This document shows positions 14,601-29,800 of a stretch of DNA of 64,000 nucleotides, in pieces. The position numbers and the translations under genes were made by a program. The notes beneath the pieces are model-generated. The model saw only the letters and a list, made by a program, of their open reading frames with translations. It ran no database searches and was not told the DNA's origin. The DNA comes from Phoronis australis (lineage: Eukaryota; Animalia; Phoronida). How positions within the stretch are numbered: position 1 is the stretch's first letter; each line of letters opens with the position of its first letter. Where the stretch lies: positions 425,901 through 489,900 of the forward strand of contig NMRA01000095.1 of the NCBI GenBank assembly GCA_002633005.1, given 5' to 3'.

Positions 14601-17600
14601 GGGACAACAACATAAGATTAAAAGTGGTTGCTATGTGTGGGAAGAACTGGCCAATCATAGCTGTTCATAACTCAGTGACTAAAATTCATTTGTTCTTCTG
14701 TCAGCTTGATGGATGGCTACTTGGCTGTTGGCTGAATGGGGAAAATGCTGGTTCCGTACCTGAATTCTATATGGAGTTTAGTAGGTGCTTGACAGTTTTA
14801 AGAACGCAACTATGGTAAAATCTCACCAATTTTGCACAAATCATTATTACCAACGTTGAACTTTTTTCAATTTCAAACACCTCTAATATTGTTGAGAATG
14901 CAAACAGTATCTCACAAACATACGACTGTTGTGCCGTTGAACTGACACTTATTTTTTTGAGGAAATGAGACAGAAAAAAATTTGCTCGTGCGTTGTCTCG
15001 TGTTCTAATTTGGTGAGATTTTACAGTACATTAGAAAGTACATTTAAGATATAAATTTTATGCTTGTTTGACGTATTTTACGATTTAGTTTAGATAATAT
15101 CTAGGACACGCGCGTGTTTGCTATTTTTAGTTTCAAGTCTTGCTCTTGTGACCTCAATCCTATCAATTATTTGCAAACAAAAATGGGTCTTAAAGTTTTA
15201 GGTCCTAAGATTGATCGTGACAGGTTGTACCTACGTCTGGTGGCGGCACATTTAAGGGGTGACCGCTATCCCCCAATCCTTTGTGAATATATCTCTCGCT
15301 ATCCATAAAAAGATTTATAGATAAACAAATTTTAATTTCCTTTTTGAAATTACTCATTGTTAAAGTCTGGTAGTGCCACAGTGGTTACCCCTTCAATAAC
15401 CCCCTGCTGTTTCTCCATGGCAACACACCCTTTCTCATTGTTCATTAAAACAACTGACCATTAACTGTATAACAATGGAGGACTGTTCCTGGTGTTGAAG
15501 TAGCCTGCAGCCATTGGCTTGTATTCCAGCGCTACCCAGTCACATGGAAAGCTCACATCTTAGAAATGGTGAATGGGACTCGTATGAAACGTTCAGATAC
15601 CATGCTTAATGCATGATGTTCCAAATTACCTGGCAAGAATTATTTTTAAAATGTTCCACTTTCGCACTAGGTGGTAACAAACAATTTGCCTTCATAGTTT
15701 TTATGAAAAAAAATAAATTTGTTTAAAAAATAAATGAAATGAAAACTTTTTGAGATTTCGTCCTGAACAGAAAACTGGTCTTATTATGATTACTATTGTC
15801 AAATCTGCCTTTTTTCTAAATTTTATTAAAACGCGATTGCGTGACTGTTCAGTGACGGGTTATTATTATTATTATATCAAAAATCAAATTCTACAGGCTT
15901 TCTACTTCCAGAAAATATGTACTTTTACCGAGGTCAAGTCTATAGACTTGTAGAGATTTGGTTAAATTGTCAGATTTGGTAAGGTTCTACACAACTTAAA
16001 AGTTATCAGAGATTTTCTCGGCGTCTACAAAGTTATGATGAAAATATTTGATCTGATGGAATATCAGTTGCTTAACTGATTTTTATGTTTTATTTTTGTC
16101 CTTGATTTGTTATTTTTATAGTTTTTTGTATTGGCTAATTTATGGCTAATTTATAATCGCTTCTGGATGTTTTGTTACTTAAGCAATGATGTTAATTAGC
16201 ATTCCTTCAGTAGAGACATTCAAAGAAAGCGTTTTATTTCTTGATAAATTTGCTTGTTTTTAAAACAAATTTTGAAAGACTCGGAATGTTTGAGGATGCT
16301 GAAGAAAAGTTGAGAATCGGGCGAAGAAGTTTTTTTAGAATATTTCATATTTAAAGATCAGCAATAATATCGAAAAGTAGCTGACCCGACCTCTGCCAGT
16401 GATTATGAAAAACCTTTTTTTTCTGTCACAAATGATATTGTTTGTACCCGTTGTACTAAAATTAACGAATTCTACTAAAACTGAACTTGAGATTTGCTGG
16501 ACTCATGTCAATCTCTGCATTGATTGCGTAGGCAAACAAACGCTAATAATTTGCCTTAAGAAGCCAACACTAGCTGTAATTACATCCATTGTTGTAGCAG
16601 TAATCAGATTGTTATCACTCATTAGGTATGGGTAACTTTGCTGGTGACCTGATTTAGTCACCATGGTTACGTTATTCTCTGCTGTTATCATATTGGGATA
16701 CTGTGATGTTGGGGATACAACAAAAGTTGTCAATTAATACATTGCAGACGATTCTTTGAAGAAAAAAACAATGCAGCGTCATTCTGTAGTCTTTGAATTG
16801 ATGTGTGTGGGGATGATGAGCAGGAAATTAAATTAACAAACAAAAGTGGTTATTTGGAGCTTAGCCATCAAAGTGCCTACCACTTATATCAGGTAAACAC
16901 AATCATTTCACAGTAATATTTCTGACTGGAGAAGTTTAAAGAACTCCCTGTGACTGATTCACTTAATTGGTTCAGTGAGAAAACTGTCTTATTATGCGTT
17001 ATAATGTGTTTTGCCTGTATATCCTGTATTGTATATTTTTGTGTTTGTACGACAAATTAGCTGAAAGCTTGTAGGATTCATTAATATAGTCTTGACTGTT
17101 GAAAAATGAATTCAGGTAAAAAGGATCTGATTTCATTCGCGTTATTGTGTGAAAGGAAACTACCCATTCACTAGTTAGTTAATGGCATTTGAAATTTGTT
17201 ATTTAGACAATAACGTGTATACAACCTTGGATTACAAAATAAGCCAGCTGTGTATGAAAGATTCTTTACCTTGGTTTTTAATTATTTAGAACATATAGTG
17301 TGCTTAACTTTCTTCATCTGGACTTCATCGCTGAAATAGGAACATTTCACCAAGTTAATGAATTGACAGATGCCTGTTTCTGTGTTAAAAGTGGGAAGCT
17401 TGGCTATTTTGTGACGCTCCGTCAATAACTTTAGGTAAAAGTCTTCATTAAATTAGGTATATTTTGAAAAAATGATGTCATTTTGAGAGGTCATTGTTTG
17501 GAAATATCTGTTGAGTGAAACAGCTTGTGTTGAAATTTGTTCCTTTGAATTTTTAATTAATCTGAAAAAGTATTGTTATTAAGGTTATTAAGTTTTTTAT

Positions 17601-17703
17601 TAATACATGTCCATTATCTTTTATATATTTTTTGAGAAGCCGAAACGAATCGGAGCGTGCAAAATTTTTAACAAACCAAAACTTTCAAGACAATCTGGCG
17701 TAT

Positions 17704-17822
17704 GTACCGCAGACGCAAGAACCTCGCAAAAACGCAAGATACGCAAGACTTCACGCGATATCTTCATGTGTTGCAAGCGAAGCACACTAGCTTCCTTCGT
17801 GAGATTCTTGCATCTATGGAAC
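17704..17822. repeat. Degenerate inverted repeat (MITE-like relic)
   Basis: 27-bp arms match at 20/27 positions, mostly transition mismatches; internal cgcaag repeats. Confidence 0.5.
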
Positions 17823-19759
17823 TCGGCCACGACTTGTTAGTTTCTCGTCTCAGACAATGTCTATGTTCTAGCACCCTGTGTCGGATTAACACTAACTTCA
17901 ACTGTCTGCTTCACTCAGCCTGCTGGGTTCATTCAATTTAATAGAAATGACCAAATGTTTGATAAACAAGCTCTCAATTAGTGCAGGCAGGCAAAGGCCA
18001 TGGCTGGTTATATATATATACATAGTGCATCTCAACTTTTCTATCATATTACAATGCCTTTTATGGCAGTCTTGCAATAATTATGAGCCCTGTTGACTTT
18101 TAATTGTACAGTATTACCCATGTCTGTCTATCTCTAAGTGTTAAATGAAGCGCTTGGGTTTTTGTTCATGGCTCACTGACAGGAGTTCCTTGCAGTGAGG
18201 ACTGGGCTGGTATGTTCGGTACATTTTGGTGGACAGTTGGGAATTACTGAACTAATTATGAATCAAAATGAAGACAGTGTGTCGGTTTCATCGTCATTGG
18301 TTACTGTTTCTGCTCGGACACCTGACCCATTAATATCATCTTAATGGTGACGATGATCGTAACTTTGGTTTTATTTTATAACGCATGAAATCAGCTCCAT
18401 TCTCAAAATGCATAGCAATAACACGACTGTTGATAAATTCGCGTTGAAAATTATTAACTGACGCAACAACTTCTTGTGTATTAAAGGTTTTAGGATAATG
18501 TTCTTGTCAAAAGAATTAAACATGATGTAAAAATTAATCTTTTCCAACATGGTTGGGATTTGATGTGTGTAAGGTTGAACTGGTTTAAGACAGCAGCAGT
18601 CTTAAGGGTTTGTTGCACCTTCTCCGGAAGTCTATGCATTTAGTGAAATATCTGCATAAACTGTAAAAATTTATTGTATAAAAATATATATGTATATATA
18701 TCTTCTAATGGTAGGGAATCGGTATACTTTGATTTTTAACTTTATATAATTGTCATTAATTGGATCGTGTAACTGTACCTTTTTGATAAAATTTGAGAAA
18801 AATTAAGGTACATTCATATCAGAACAACAATATCAAGAACTTGGCAAAAAATTGTATAAATCTTACTGTTTTATACGTATTTGTTTTCTTACACAGTTTT
18901 CTACATATTTGTTTTACGGAAGTTTTGATTATTTTCATAAAAATCATAAATGTGTTGTTATTTATTGCTCCTTATTCTGAAGTGTGACATTTTAAAAACA
19001 ATTCCCCACAGTGTTACGAAGAATAATGCATATAGCATTAGTATGTGTACTTTGGCAGCAGCCCCTCCTGTTGGCAGAATTTATTGAATTCACCGCTGTG
19101 GTTTTGGTTAACGATTTTCATGCATATTCTTTCGAGCTATTGGTATTTTTGTTGGTCCTCCAGAGAACAACTAAATAGTAGTTCACCAACAGACATAGCA
19201 ACAATATATACATATCAATAGTAAAACGTCAAGTACAGGCACAATGGGAGGTACTGAGCCAGCGTGTGTCGTACACCCGGGAGCTGCTCGTTCAACTTAG
19301 ATTGTTCACAACTTTTAAGTAGAGACTCCAATATTTTGAATGAATGGGTGTCTTGTTCAGTCTACCAAATTACAGTGTTTTTGACAATCTTGTGAATAGT
19401 AATTGTGCGGTTGTGTCGGTGCAAAAAATGGTCTTGGAGAGAACTAGTCTACAAATGCATACACGAACACATAGGAAAGGAATATAGCATGTGACTGATG
19501 ATGTAACGAGTCCGGTTATTAGGATGGTTACAAGCATCTAGCGGACGCGTGAACTAAGAAACAACATTGCATCCAGCCAACAGTTGCAATTTGTAGCAGT
19601 TTAGGTTGTTTTTAAGTACTAGATAGATTACATGACCTGGTGTTTTGATAGTAAATAATTACATGGAGTTAATAATTTATCATACCAAGAGTTTGAATGA
19701 GTATGCATGAAATGTGCCAAGCAAAAAGACAGTGGTGTATTCATTAAGTGTGAAAATTT

Positions 19760-19890
19760 CTTATGAATCCGATCAGCCATTTCTGAGATCTGATGTTCTG
19801 AAGATAGCCAGATAAGGACAATTTTCTAGGGTACTACATAAAGAGTGAATTCGCTTTGCTTTTTAGAAGGCACATTTCAGTTTGTTAATA
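19760..19890 (+). repeat. Dispersed repeat family A, copy 2
   Basis: gaatccgatcagccatttctgagatctgatgttctgaag. Confidence 0.7.
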
Positions 19891-20204
19891 GGCATTTTCT
19901 AAAACAGCAGACATGTTGAATTTTGCTATGTTGCTAGATGATGATTTAAGTATCTTGTTTATGAAATGCGCAACTCCATTTGACGCGAACCTTGGGAGAT
20001 TTTGAAGCAGTGGAACTTCAGCTTTTTTTCCTCTCCATGTCGTCAGCTCGCCATTGTGGTACAGTGGGGTATGCAAATGTTTCATGTAAAAGAGTCAAAT
20101 GACACTGTATGTCAGCGTGTCAAAGAAACTGCATGTAGTCTTTGTCAAGCTCCATCCATCTTGACCACTGTAATGTGAAACAAGTCACTTTTGTGCTCTC
20201 GCAT

Positions 20205-20280
20205 CACTATCCTCTACTACCCTCCTGCACTACTCTCCTCCACTATCCTCCACTACCCTCCACTATCCTCCTTCACTATC
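20205..20280. repeat. Degenerate CACTATCCTC-type tandem repeat
   Basis: Repeated cactatcctc/cactaccctc units. Confidence 0.7.
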
Positions 20281-23200
20281 TGCCCTTAAGCTGACAATAG
20301 CGTTACTAATGAGCCAATCTGCAAGGATTCTACAAGAAAACAATAGGCTATTTCACAACGCCTGTCTATGTCATGCTTGCCTCCATCAATGGCTGATTAG
20401 AGCCTGCTGGGGCGCTAGAGATGTCAAGTTGATAATGCTAAGATTATTTTAATCAAAACTTGCGCAATTGTGATTGATGGTAAAACAATGCCGCTCCCCA
20501 ACTGTTTAATTAAACTGTTGTTCCCCGCATGTCTCCTGCGACAGATGATGTACAATGGTACAAATTAAAATGACTGACTCGCAGTACTTAACACCTTGAG
20601 AGACATCTTGTTTATAAGTGCTCATTGTATTAGGGCTTTTATGCAGTTTTAATGCGTGAATTGCTATAGAAAAATGAACTAGGATACCCCAGGAAACCAT
20701 ATTGTCCAATTGTTCAACTTCAAAGTATTCATAATTTGCAAACTGTCAAGAATTGCCTAATTAAGCCAGTCTTCTATTATTAGCCTGTTTGTATAGTGAT
20801 TAGCTTGGTTGGGAATTGGTTGTTTAAAGGGCCATTTTAATAGGGCTTTCTGTCAATGGTTGAGTTCGTTGCTGACTGTTAGGTGCTTACTAATAGGCAA
20901 CTTTTTATAGAAAGTACATCTGAGAAATCATTTGTTAATGTCATTTTTTACTTGAGACAGTCAACGAAAATATTTTCTTACTTGTAGACCCTGTGTGTCC
21001 GTCACCAATTTTTTTGTTTTTTTTAGTTTCACAGGTGTAAGATAAACACTTTCCCTCAGTTCCTTGAATTTACCTGTTTTACTCTTGTTAGCCTTTGATG
21101 GTATTTGGATTTGGGTCATTTTTCATTTATTTTACTCAAAAATCCCAAAACTGTCATTTTTTAAAGGCTGGTTACTTTAATGTTAATATTAAAAACTCTA
21201 CCAAATGATGTTTTACGACATCTCCAAACTACAAACTAAGCCAACAACGACTAAAATTTCTCAATATTCATATCTGTTCTGAAATTTGACAAATGATGTT
21301 ACACTAGTCCACCATATTGTGTGCTGCGAGAAATCCACAAATAACTATTAGCCGCAGTCTTCGCGATTTGGTTGTGTTGGCTCATTTGCACCTAGCTGTT
21401 TTTTCCGCATCATTTCACGCGAGAACATTGTGTTCTTCAAGCCTACCATCTTATTAAAACAAGAAAAATGTGCTGATACAGTTCATCAAATCATTGGTCA
21501 CGGTCTTTGCACGAGTCACTGAGTGGAACCTTTAGCCGATCCACCTGTACACATTCTGTTTTGATGTTGGAGTTATTACTCACTATTCGCACGCTTTGGT
21601 GGCGCTGGAAAAAATGATTGTTGTGCATTGTTGCTTAGGACACAATGCCTCGTTTTAGCATCGATTTTAACAACGCAAACGTGAAAGTGCACCAGTTCCA
21701 AACATGCAAAACCATTTGTAGTCTGGACAAATTTGTACAAGTAGTAAATAGTTGTCCTCTAGAGGTCACTACTACTTCACATGTATTAATGAATTTGAGA
21801 CCGCTCATTCATATGGATGCGATGTTTATATCTTCTGCATTTCTTGCATGTGAGGCTGTAACTTAAAAGATTTGTTTATAAAAATTTTAGGGTCTAAAAG
21901 CACATTAAACATAAAACTATCCAATATACAGTGATAATTGTTTATCTTTCTATAATTGGCACCAAATGGTTTTATGTGTTGACATTTATTTTAATTTTTG
22001 TGCATTTGATGTAAAGATGTTGTTGAAGACAAAAGCACCAGTTCAAAATGCCGACAAGGTAGGAGACCGTATATAAACACTACTTTCCACCTAAATTTGT
22101 CTTCACCTATTCAGCACACACTATGACAGACATGAGAAGATTTATTTTGTGACTTTTTCAGACAAAAATAAAGATCTATATTTTAGTGTATTAGTAGCTG
22201 TATTTGTGAAGATGTCACAAAACAAAATTTTGCCAAGTTGGCATTGTTTATGGCAAGGTAATCGCAGAAAAATGACAGTTTTGGAAATTATTTTTGTGCG
22301 AAATAGGTGAGGAATTACCCCCAACTGATGGACACTGCCATATGTAGAACAAAGTTGGACATTGTAAATTTGACATAAATTTTCTCTAAGAGTATACCTA
22401 GTGTTTCTCATTCAACTTAACTGTGGCTGAGTTGTAGTGTACACAGAGGACAAGCACTTGTACCCACAGGCAAGGGGTCTCTTTCATGACTTACAGACCT
22501 ACAGTGTTGCCCTCATGGCAGTTGGTGAATGTTGAGTCCTTCCATGTGTATACACATGGCGGGCACACTTCAATGCTCTACACCTCTCTAGTTATAGTTC
22601 ATAAATTTTGGTATCTGAAACTTGAAAAACATCAAAGGGTTACATCAGTTGTGTAGCTGGTGTTAAGGATCAATGAATTCAAAATGTGTGCCCTAATGAA
22701 GTGGTAATATTTATTGTTGAAAGGGGCTCTCTTTATGGTCTGGTCAATTATATTGATCCAACTAATGAAGACCAGTGTATTATAGCTGTCCTGTTACCGT
22801 TTTCTTGAGAATTGTACGAAATTAAACGAAAGATGGCAGAGCAATTTTCTGCATCATGCGTGGCCATTAATTACAGGAACATCTATAAAGGAGTGTTTTT
22901 ACCATAACAACTTTGTTTATTCTCAAACCAAACTACACTGTTCAGCATTACCATGTTTAGCCGCATACTAGGTGTCTTTCTCGATTTCAATCGATCACGT
23001 AACGGTATCTATTCAGAAGCGACTCCGTCTGACGTCGTTGCCGTCATGTACTAAATTGAATTGTGTTAATACCACTAGCATCCAATTCTACTTACATTGT
23101 AATTGCGTCTAAGATCAATACCTATTATCAGTCCCGCGCTTTGTTCTATTTGCAAAAGTCAATTTCTGAAACTGACGGCCAACTCTAGAGGGACCCTGCA

Positions 23201-23554
23201 TGGATTGCCGGTCATCGGTCGTCGATGCGCTAACAATGGCGTTAATTTGGCCGCAGCTGCTAGCATTTTGTTTCCTTCAACTCTGTTGATTCAGTGCTCT
23301 CTTGTTTGTTCAGTTGTTTGCGTTGCTAATTGGCCATTGTTTCTTTCTATTATTGTTAGTTACAATTCCATCTGAGAAACCAAATACTGCGGAGTGGTGA
23401 TGTATCGGGTGCGGTCCTGTTATTGACGTTTTGTTTTGTTCCTTTCTTTTCTGCACAGATTTAGAAACCAAAGTTTGATGTAATGTTCTAGGGTTATTGA
23501 CAGGTGTTCAATTTGACGTGTTGGCTTTTGTCAGTCTCTTGTGTTCAAATGTGA

Positions 23555-23712
23555 GTAGTAGTAATAATAATAAAAATAGTACTAAGAACAATAATATCAA
23601 TAATAACAATAATATACTACTAATAATAATAAAATAATAATAAAAACAATAACAATATAGTAATAATAAAATAATAACAAACAACTATAATAGTAATAAT
23701 AACAATGATGAT
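23555..23712. repeat. Degenerate (AAT/AAC)n low-complexity tract
   Basis: Direct reading. Confidence 0.85.
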
Positions 23713-24419
23713 AGTGTTAACTTTATTTATTGAGGATGCGTCTAAATAGCCAAATAGTTTTGTGCATCATTCTAAGCAATATTTTATGCTGTAGATATTG
23801 AATTACTCAAATAATTTGTCTTTATTATTATTGATTTTATTATTAATCTCAAAGAAAACAAAGAAACCCGAGTGTAAAGAGAAATTCTTTGAGTAATCCC
23901 ACATCTATAAGTCTATGGTTCAAAGGCACTGGTAGGTTGAATAGCACTCTTGTTTGGGGCTAAGGCACTGGGCGCTTTTAAATGTTGGAAAATTAAAAAT
24001 TGACTTGGTGTTAAGCTGAGCATGGGTGTTCAAAAAAGAAGTTTCTGACAAGTCTGAGATGGGAGGTTACTCACTCTCAAATGCTTTCCCCAATTGTGCA
24101 CACAAGTGTGATAATGTTAGAAAAAATCGGAGCCAAAAGAACCATCTATTGTTGCGTCTTTAGTGAAAAGTGGCACGCTTTCCTGTTGGTCTCAAACGTT
24201 TCTGGGTCAGAAGCAACACTCACGAGTATTATTACAGAAGGATATCATGTCGTTTTTAGTACTTCCTGTGCAAGATGACTATTAGCCAAATGTGTCCAAA
24301 TTCACCACAAAGTTTGCTGTCTTCTAAATAAGATCAAAGAAGCAAACTTGCCTCATTAAGATCTCCTCAGCCCAGGTGCACTAACGACATGACTGTCAAC
24401 AGGCTGACCAGCAATGAAA

Positions 24420-24648
24420 TCTGACCAGCCAATAGCGTGCCAGGGAACAATGCACTGCTCTGGCCATATACAGTGTAGGCAGGTCTGTAATTGTTATTGA
24501 GAGCAGCGAATTATCTTCGGAATCTTCACATTACTCACAGCATCTGTGTACAGTTATCTAGCCTTCGCCACCTATTTTTAGAATGTTCCTGTATTGTGTT
24601 GATCCACAGAAGAAAGCATGGGTTGATCCACTGTTGCATGCGGAGGAG
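24420..24648 (+). promoter_or_regulatory. Candidate promoter and alternative first exon (codes MRR(R))
   Basis: AGCCAATAG CCAAT box near 24427, ATG at 24638, strong donor GAG|GTAAGT at 24649 in phase 2. Confidence 0.4.
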
Positions 24649-26189
24649 GTAAGTTCCGAGGCTAGATGAGGAATCACTTTTTGCTAATTTGTAGCGATTC
24701 AGCAGGTCTCTGTTTTTGTAAACTTCATTCTTGGCCCTTGTTGGGTGAAATGGGTGAATTTTTCATCTGTTGTTTTGAAAAAGAGTCTTTAGTTGAGCAT
24801 CCTGTTTTCCCTAACTCGGATTGGTTAGGCTCCATTGAAAGTGAATCTTCTTGGGGTCAAAGGTCGTCTCATAATTAACAATTGATGTTGGGCACTGTCT
24901 ATTATTCAATAGAACTCTTGTGGGTATCTCCAGGAAAAAGTCTTAGCCAGCAGCCAGTGTGCCTTCAGGCCATCTAACAAACAACAGTGTTGACTTTTGT
25001 GGTGGAATATAGCTGCTGGATACTAATCTGTTTTGTTTTGTTGGCTTGTATTGGTGAAGACAACAAGATCTTGAAGAGATAAGGACTGTGGACCAGAGTG
25101 TATAATTGATAACAGTCGGGCCAGTGTGATCTTGTATACAGAGAAAGCTGAGTCTGACGCAACTTTCATGTGATGACTTTCAGTTATTGAACGGTTTTAG
25201 TTTACAATACTTGTTCTCGCATTGTCTTGCACGGTTTTGTCTACCTCAAGATCTTTATATGATTGGAACAGTCCGTTTTTCCCTGATCCCACGCTCATCA
25301 AGGTAATTGGCTCTTTATCACATACTTGACTGCAAACTTTTGTTCATTTCACTGAATAGGCTCTGGTTTCTTTTACATCATTGTGGTAGTTTCGCTTTTG
25401 TTTATGTTCTAAGTGTTTCCTGGGCAGACATAATTCCCGTGTTGTTTCAGTTCCTTAATTTGGAGCTCACATCCCACTGTGTCTCTGGTAACCCGTTGGT
25501 TCATTAAGCAGAGGCAATCAGTCAGTGTTTCTTACCTTTGTTGTCACGTGAACCATTGTAGCCATTTCGCTGTCTCTGCTAGTTAAAAGCAGTCGCGCTG
25601 TTGAAGGCTCGTCATCGCAAGTCATCGCAGTGCCCATTTCCTGTTCACGTTACACCTCGTCATCGGGTTCATTATTGCCATTTCCCCCAGCAGACAATGA
25701 GGGGAATTAACGCTTTGTTGTTCACATAGTAATTGTCGTCACGCCTGTCTACTATGACGTAACGCTCGGCTTATCCTTGGTTTTTGATTGGTTATTGATA
25801 TCAGTGGTAGAAGTTTTCCATGCTTATGTTTAGTTAATTAGACATAGGGTGTGCATCACATTAATTGATTCTATTCCTCCATTGTTCTTCTAGGTGTGTT
25901 TGTACCTGTTTTGTCATGTCGTTTAATAGTTAATAATACTAATAAGAATTATATAATACTACATCACTTCCATTACCTGTAATGTAATATGGAGCCACAT
26001 TCAGGTAGTATTACTACATATTACCTTGGGATATCCTGTTACCCAGCAGTCCCTTGGAAATCCTGTTTCATACATTGGCGAGTGTTGAATTTTTTTACTT
26101 AATTTTGCGTTGTTGCCAAAAAATGCTGAGTCATGAAATAAGGAAAGAGCACTTTTTGATTTCTATGATTACGATACAAAAGCCTCCAG

Positions 26190-26465
26190 TTTGGGAGTCT
26201 GTAAAACTTGGGACATGAAGAAATTGAATTTTCTTTATTCTAGAATTTGGGTCAAGGGCGATTTTGTTGCACACATATTTCTCAAAATTTCTGACAATGT
26301 GTTCACTCTACGGAGGGGGCAATTTTGTTATCTTTCTGGTGATTCTCGAATTTGGGACGACCAATATTATCTATTTCTTTAATTTTGGGACTAGCTCCAA
26401 GGCTGAGCAAAATAATTTAGTTTTCACTGTCCCAAATTGGAGGATTTTCACCGTATACTGTGGTT
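26190..26465 (+). repeat. Dispersed repeat family B (TTTGGGAC-rich), copy 1
   Basis: gattctcgaatttgggacgaccaatatt and actgtcccaaattgg match sequence near 30957 and 31031. Confidence 0.6.
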
Positions 26466-26790
26466 GGAATGGAGCTGATGGGGCTGGTGTTATTTCTAGG
26501 TATTCATTTCTTCTTACTTTGAAGTTGGACATATTGGACAGCATATATAGCGCTCTCTAGTAATTACTATTTTTGTTAATTGTCAGTGCTAACAATGATC
26601 AAATAAATAATGGAACGTTGGAATTTACTGCTAACGAAAATGGTGATTGAAAATAAGGTTGGATTGCTTATTTTTGGGTGTTTTAAAAGTTGATGCCTTT
26701 AAAGTAGATTGACTAAAAGTTGTTTTCAAAATGTGCTTAGCATTTAATATGGTAATTTTTATCAATATCTAAAGTAATTATTACTATTGA

Positions 26791-26801
26791 TATTATTATT
26801 A

Positions 26802-26841
<40 letters not shown>
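26791..26841. repeat. (TAT)n microsatellite
   Basis: Direct reading. Confidence 0.92.
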
Positions 26842-26842
<1 letters not shown>

Positions 26843-29800
26843 TATTTTCTATGTATGCATCTTTAATGTGCATTCAAATCAATGAAGATTAAGATGGTTT
26901 CTTCTATTAATGGATGAAAATTGTTAAAATGGACATTTTTCATTTGAAAAGCTTAGACCAAAAAGCTTGGTTGGCTTTGACCTGTAGTTTTTTGAAAATC
27001 TAGTCATTGGTGTATTTCTTTAGTTGCTCACTTTTTCAATAGTGAGCTTTTCAAAATAAACGGAACCTTGACTTGACTTGGTGCAGGTCGGCATTTTTAT
27101 GTGGTGAGCGCAGGTCTCGAAGTGAGCTGGGATAGTGATCACAACCAAAATGGCTTTTTTGGCCCTAGTATTATTGATGGAAAGGCTTGAAGTGTCATCA
27201 TATCTCATCATCTCCTTTAAAAAAATCTAATAATTGAAACTTCACTATTGTATATCGGATATTATTATTATGTTGAAAATTTTTGTTGACCGACAATTAA
27301 CTCAGCACGATGGAGAAGCCATTAAAATATTCAATTTCTTCAAGAAATATTGTTGCTGACTAGTTTGCCTGCCTTTCATCCTCACACCCCTCTTATTTAT
27401 TTTGATTAAAGGGTCTTTCAAACAATAGCCCCCCCCCTCTGACACATATCTCCTCACTTTATTTTGGTTTGCCAAGAGTCCCAAACAGCAGCCAGAAAAG
27501 TCATCAATAATGGCCGTCTAATCAACGCCAGTGATGAGAGTTTAATGGAGTTCCTGACCAGTGTTTTTGTCAAATAAAACCTTGATTGTTTTTGTTGACA
27601 CCTAATGCCTTGAGTGTAGACTATCCTAACTGAACATAGCTGATAAAACTTGATCTTTTCTATTGGCCAGCAACCAACGAATGGTGTCCTGACGGATCTG
27701 TTTCCATGTAGCTTCCTTCAGCAAATTAAGAAACTGTTACACGTATGATGATGAAAACATCTTCTTATCCAAAACATTTCGATGAAAGTTATTCCCATTC
27801 ATTGATAGTTACTTTCTGAAGTGTCAAAAGGTTTTTAGGCGATAGCATACTCACTATCAGGGATACTTCTAAATGTTCAGAGTCATTGATTTCTTTTACA
27901 CCCCTCTGTGGTACAGTTCAAAAACAAATAAGTTCTGTTCTCCTAAGTCTGTTATTTCAAATGATTACATAACTTTTGTCAGTTCACTGGGTACATTCTG
28001 GTTTAAAGGAGCAAGAGAATCAGTTGCACAAGCTTTTATGCCAAAACTTTTGTTTATTGTCATTATTTTATTTGCTGGTCAGGACAGTATAATCTCATGG
28101 ATGTGAAAAAGGAAAACACAAAGATGTCAGTAAAATGTTTCTGTTTTCTTGAATATAATAATATATTAAGAAATTTATCAAATCTGTATGGCAGTTTTTC
28201 TTCAGTTTGGCTTAGTCTCAAAATTACAATAAAATGATGAGTTTGTTAAAATTTAAGTCAGGTATGTATTGTTAAAGCCATTTGATTTCAATTTTTATTT
28301 TTGTTATTTTCATTAAAAAAATTTCATGTAATAAATCTCACCGTTCTGCCTCATAGTGTTCTAAATTGAAGAAACTTTTCAGAACCAATTTGAAGTGACA
28401 TCCTAGCGAAGAAAAGTAATTTTACAACGGCAGAAATTGGCAATTTGTAATGAAATGATAACGTTGTTCTCTGGTCAAAGCTAATAACTTCAAGAAGTCT
28501 ATACCATTTTGCAATAATTCCAAAAATGTGTTTTTCAGCAAAAAAATGACAATGTCTATTTAATCTTTGATTACTCAACCTGACAATAATTGGAGACTGA
28601 GAGAGTTATCTCGTTAAAAAAAAAACTTACGTCAGTTTTTACAAGTGAGTTGCTTGATGCAAAACACTTGCTTGGGATCCTACACTTTAAACCAATTGAT
28701 TTTCTATTCTTTGGCAGATGTTCTTTTGTTGTGTCTCTCTGGGAAGATTAGGAATCAAGTTTTCTCATTAATTTCATGTTTATTTTATGTTAACTTTGAT
28801 GGTTTTGGCCTCTGTGACACACTAGATATGATGAGAGTAAACTAAAGCATTTTTGTTATTGTAGTCACCCTGATTCTCTTGTCATTTCTTGTGTTTTCCA
28901 TGTCATCACATTTTGGTATCATTGCTTATCTTCTATTGTTAAACTGATTTATAGTGGTTAAAAATGACAAGCTTTATTCTTGGATGGGTATTTGGTTAAT
29001 TTGAATTGTTTTATTTAAGACTGGAGCAGCACAAACTAGATCAAGCTGAAATCACTAATTCTAAACTGGAAAAAACCAATCTTCCCATCCAAGCAGTAAA
29101 GAAATTCCATTCAGTCCAGTCTTTCGCCATGCATAATTAGCAACGCTAATTCAGTGTAATAAGACAAAAAATACTAAGAGTTTGAGCTCAAAACATGAAC
29201 CAAAACAATGGTTTTCAAAGATACCGCAGCATAGAGTTTTATTGGAAAAATGCTGTGTATCAGATCAAAATGTTTCGTCTGAAATACCGCGTTATGTCAC
29301 ATAAACTAAACATAATTTTTATTACAATCCATTCCAAGCAAAAATAGAATCATGTTTTGGTGGAGTTGGAAATATAAAGTAAGTTAAAAACTGATTAAGT
29401 ATCCCATATGACTTATGAAAAATGTCTGTTGAAGATTGTGCAGTCTTATGGAAAGTAGAGATCCCCATGGAGAGACTGAGCGCTTTCTTTTGTGGTTGAT
29501 GCTAGTCCAGTCACATGTAACGCTCTTTGTTTTATGAAGTCATTAGGCTATTTTAAGGATGCATTTGGGAGGAACAAATGTTTACCACAACCGAATCATC
29601 GATTGTAAAACCCCAAAACACGTGACCCATTCACGGGTCGTCACGTCGGTTTAGCCAGCCTCCTCCCAATCATGCACGTAACTTGATCACATCTTTATTT
29701 ATTTCTCCCTATGAACCATTGCCTGCCAATTCACCTGAAAACCATCTGAAAAGGTTGAGTCAACAGTCAAATGGTGAAACAACAGCGTTGCAGGGATTGG

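Noticed and set aside
24583-24648. ATG 24583 ORF (MFLYCVDPQKKAWVDPLLHAEE) as a SoxD N-terminus
   Set aside because: It ends in phase 0; joined to 38935 it reads NDVF* out of frame. At most an overlapping uORF.
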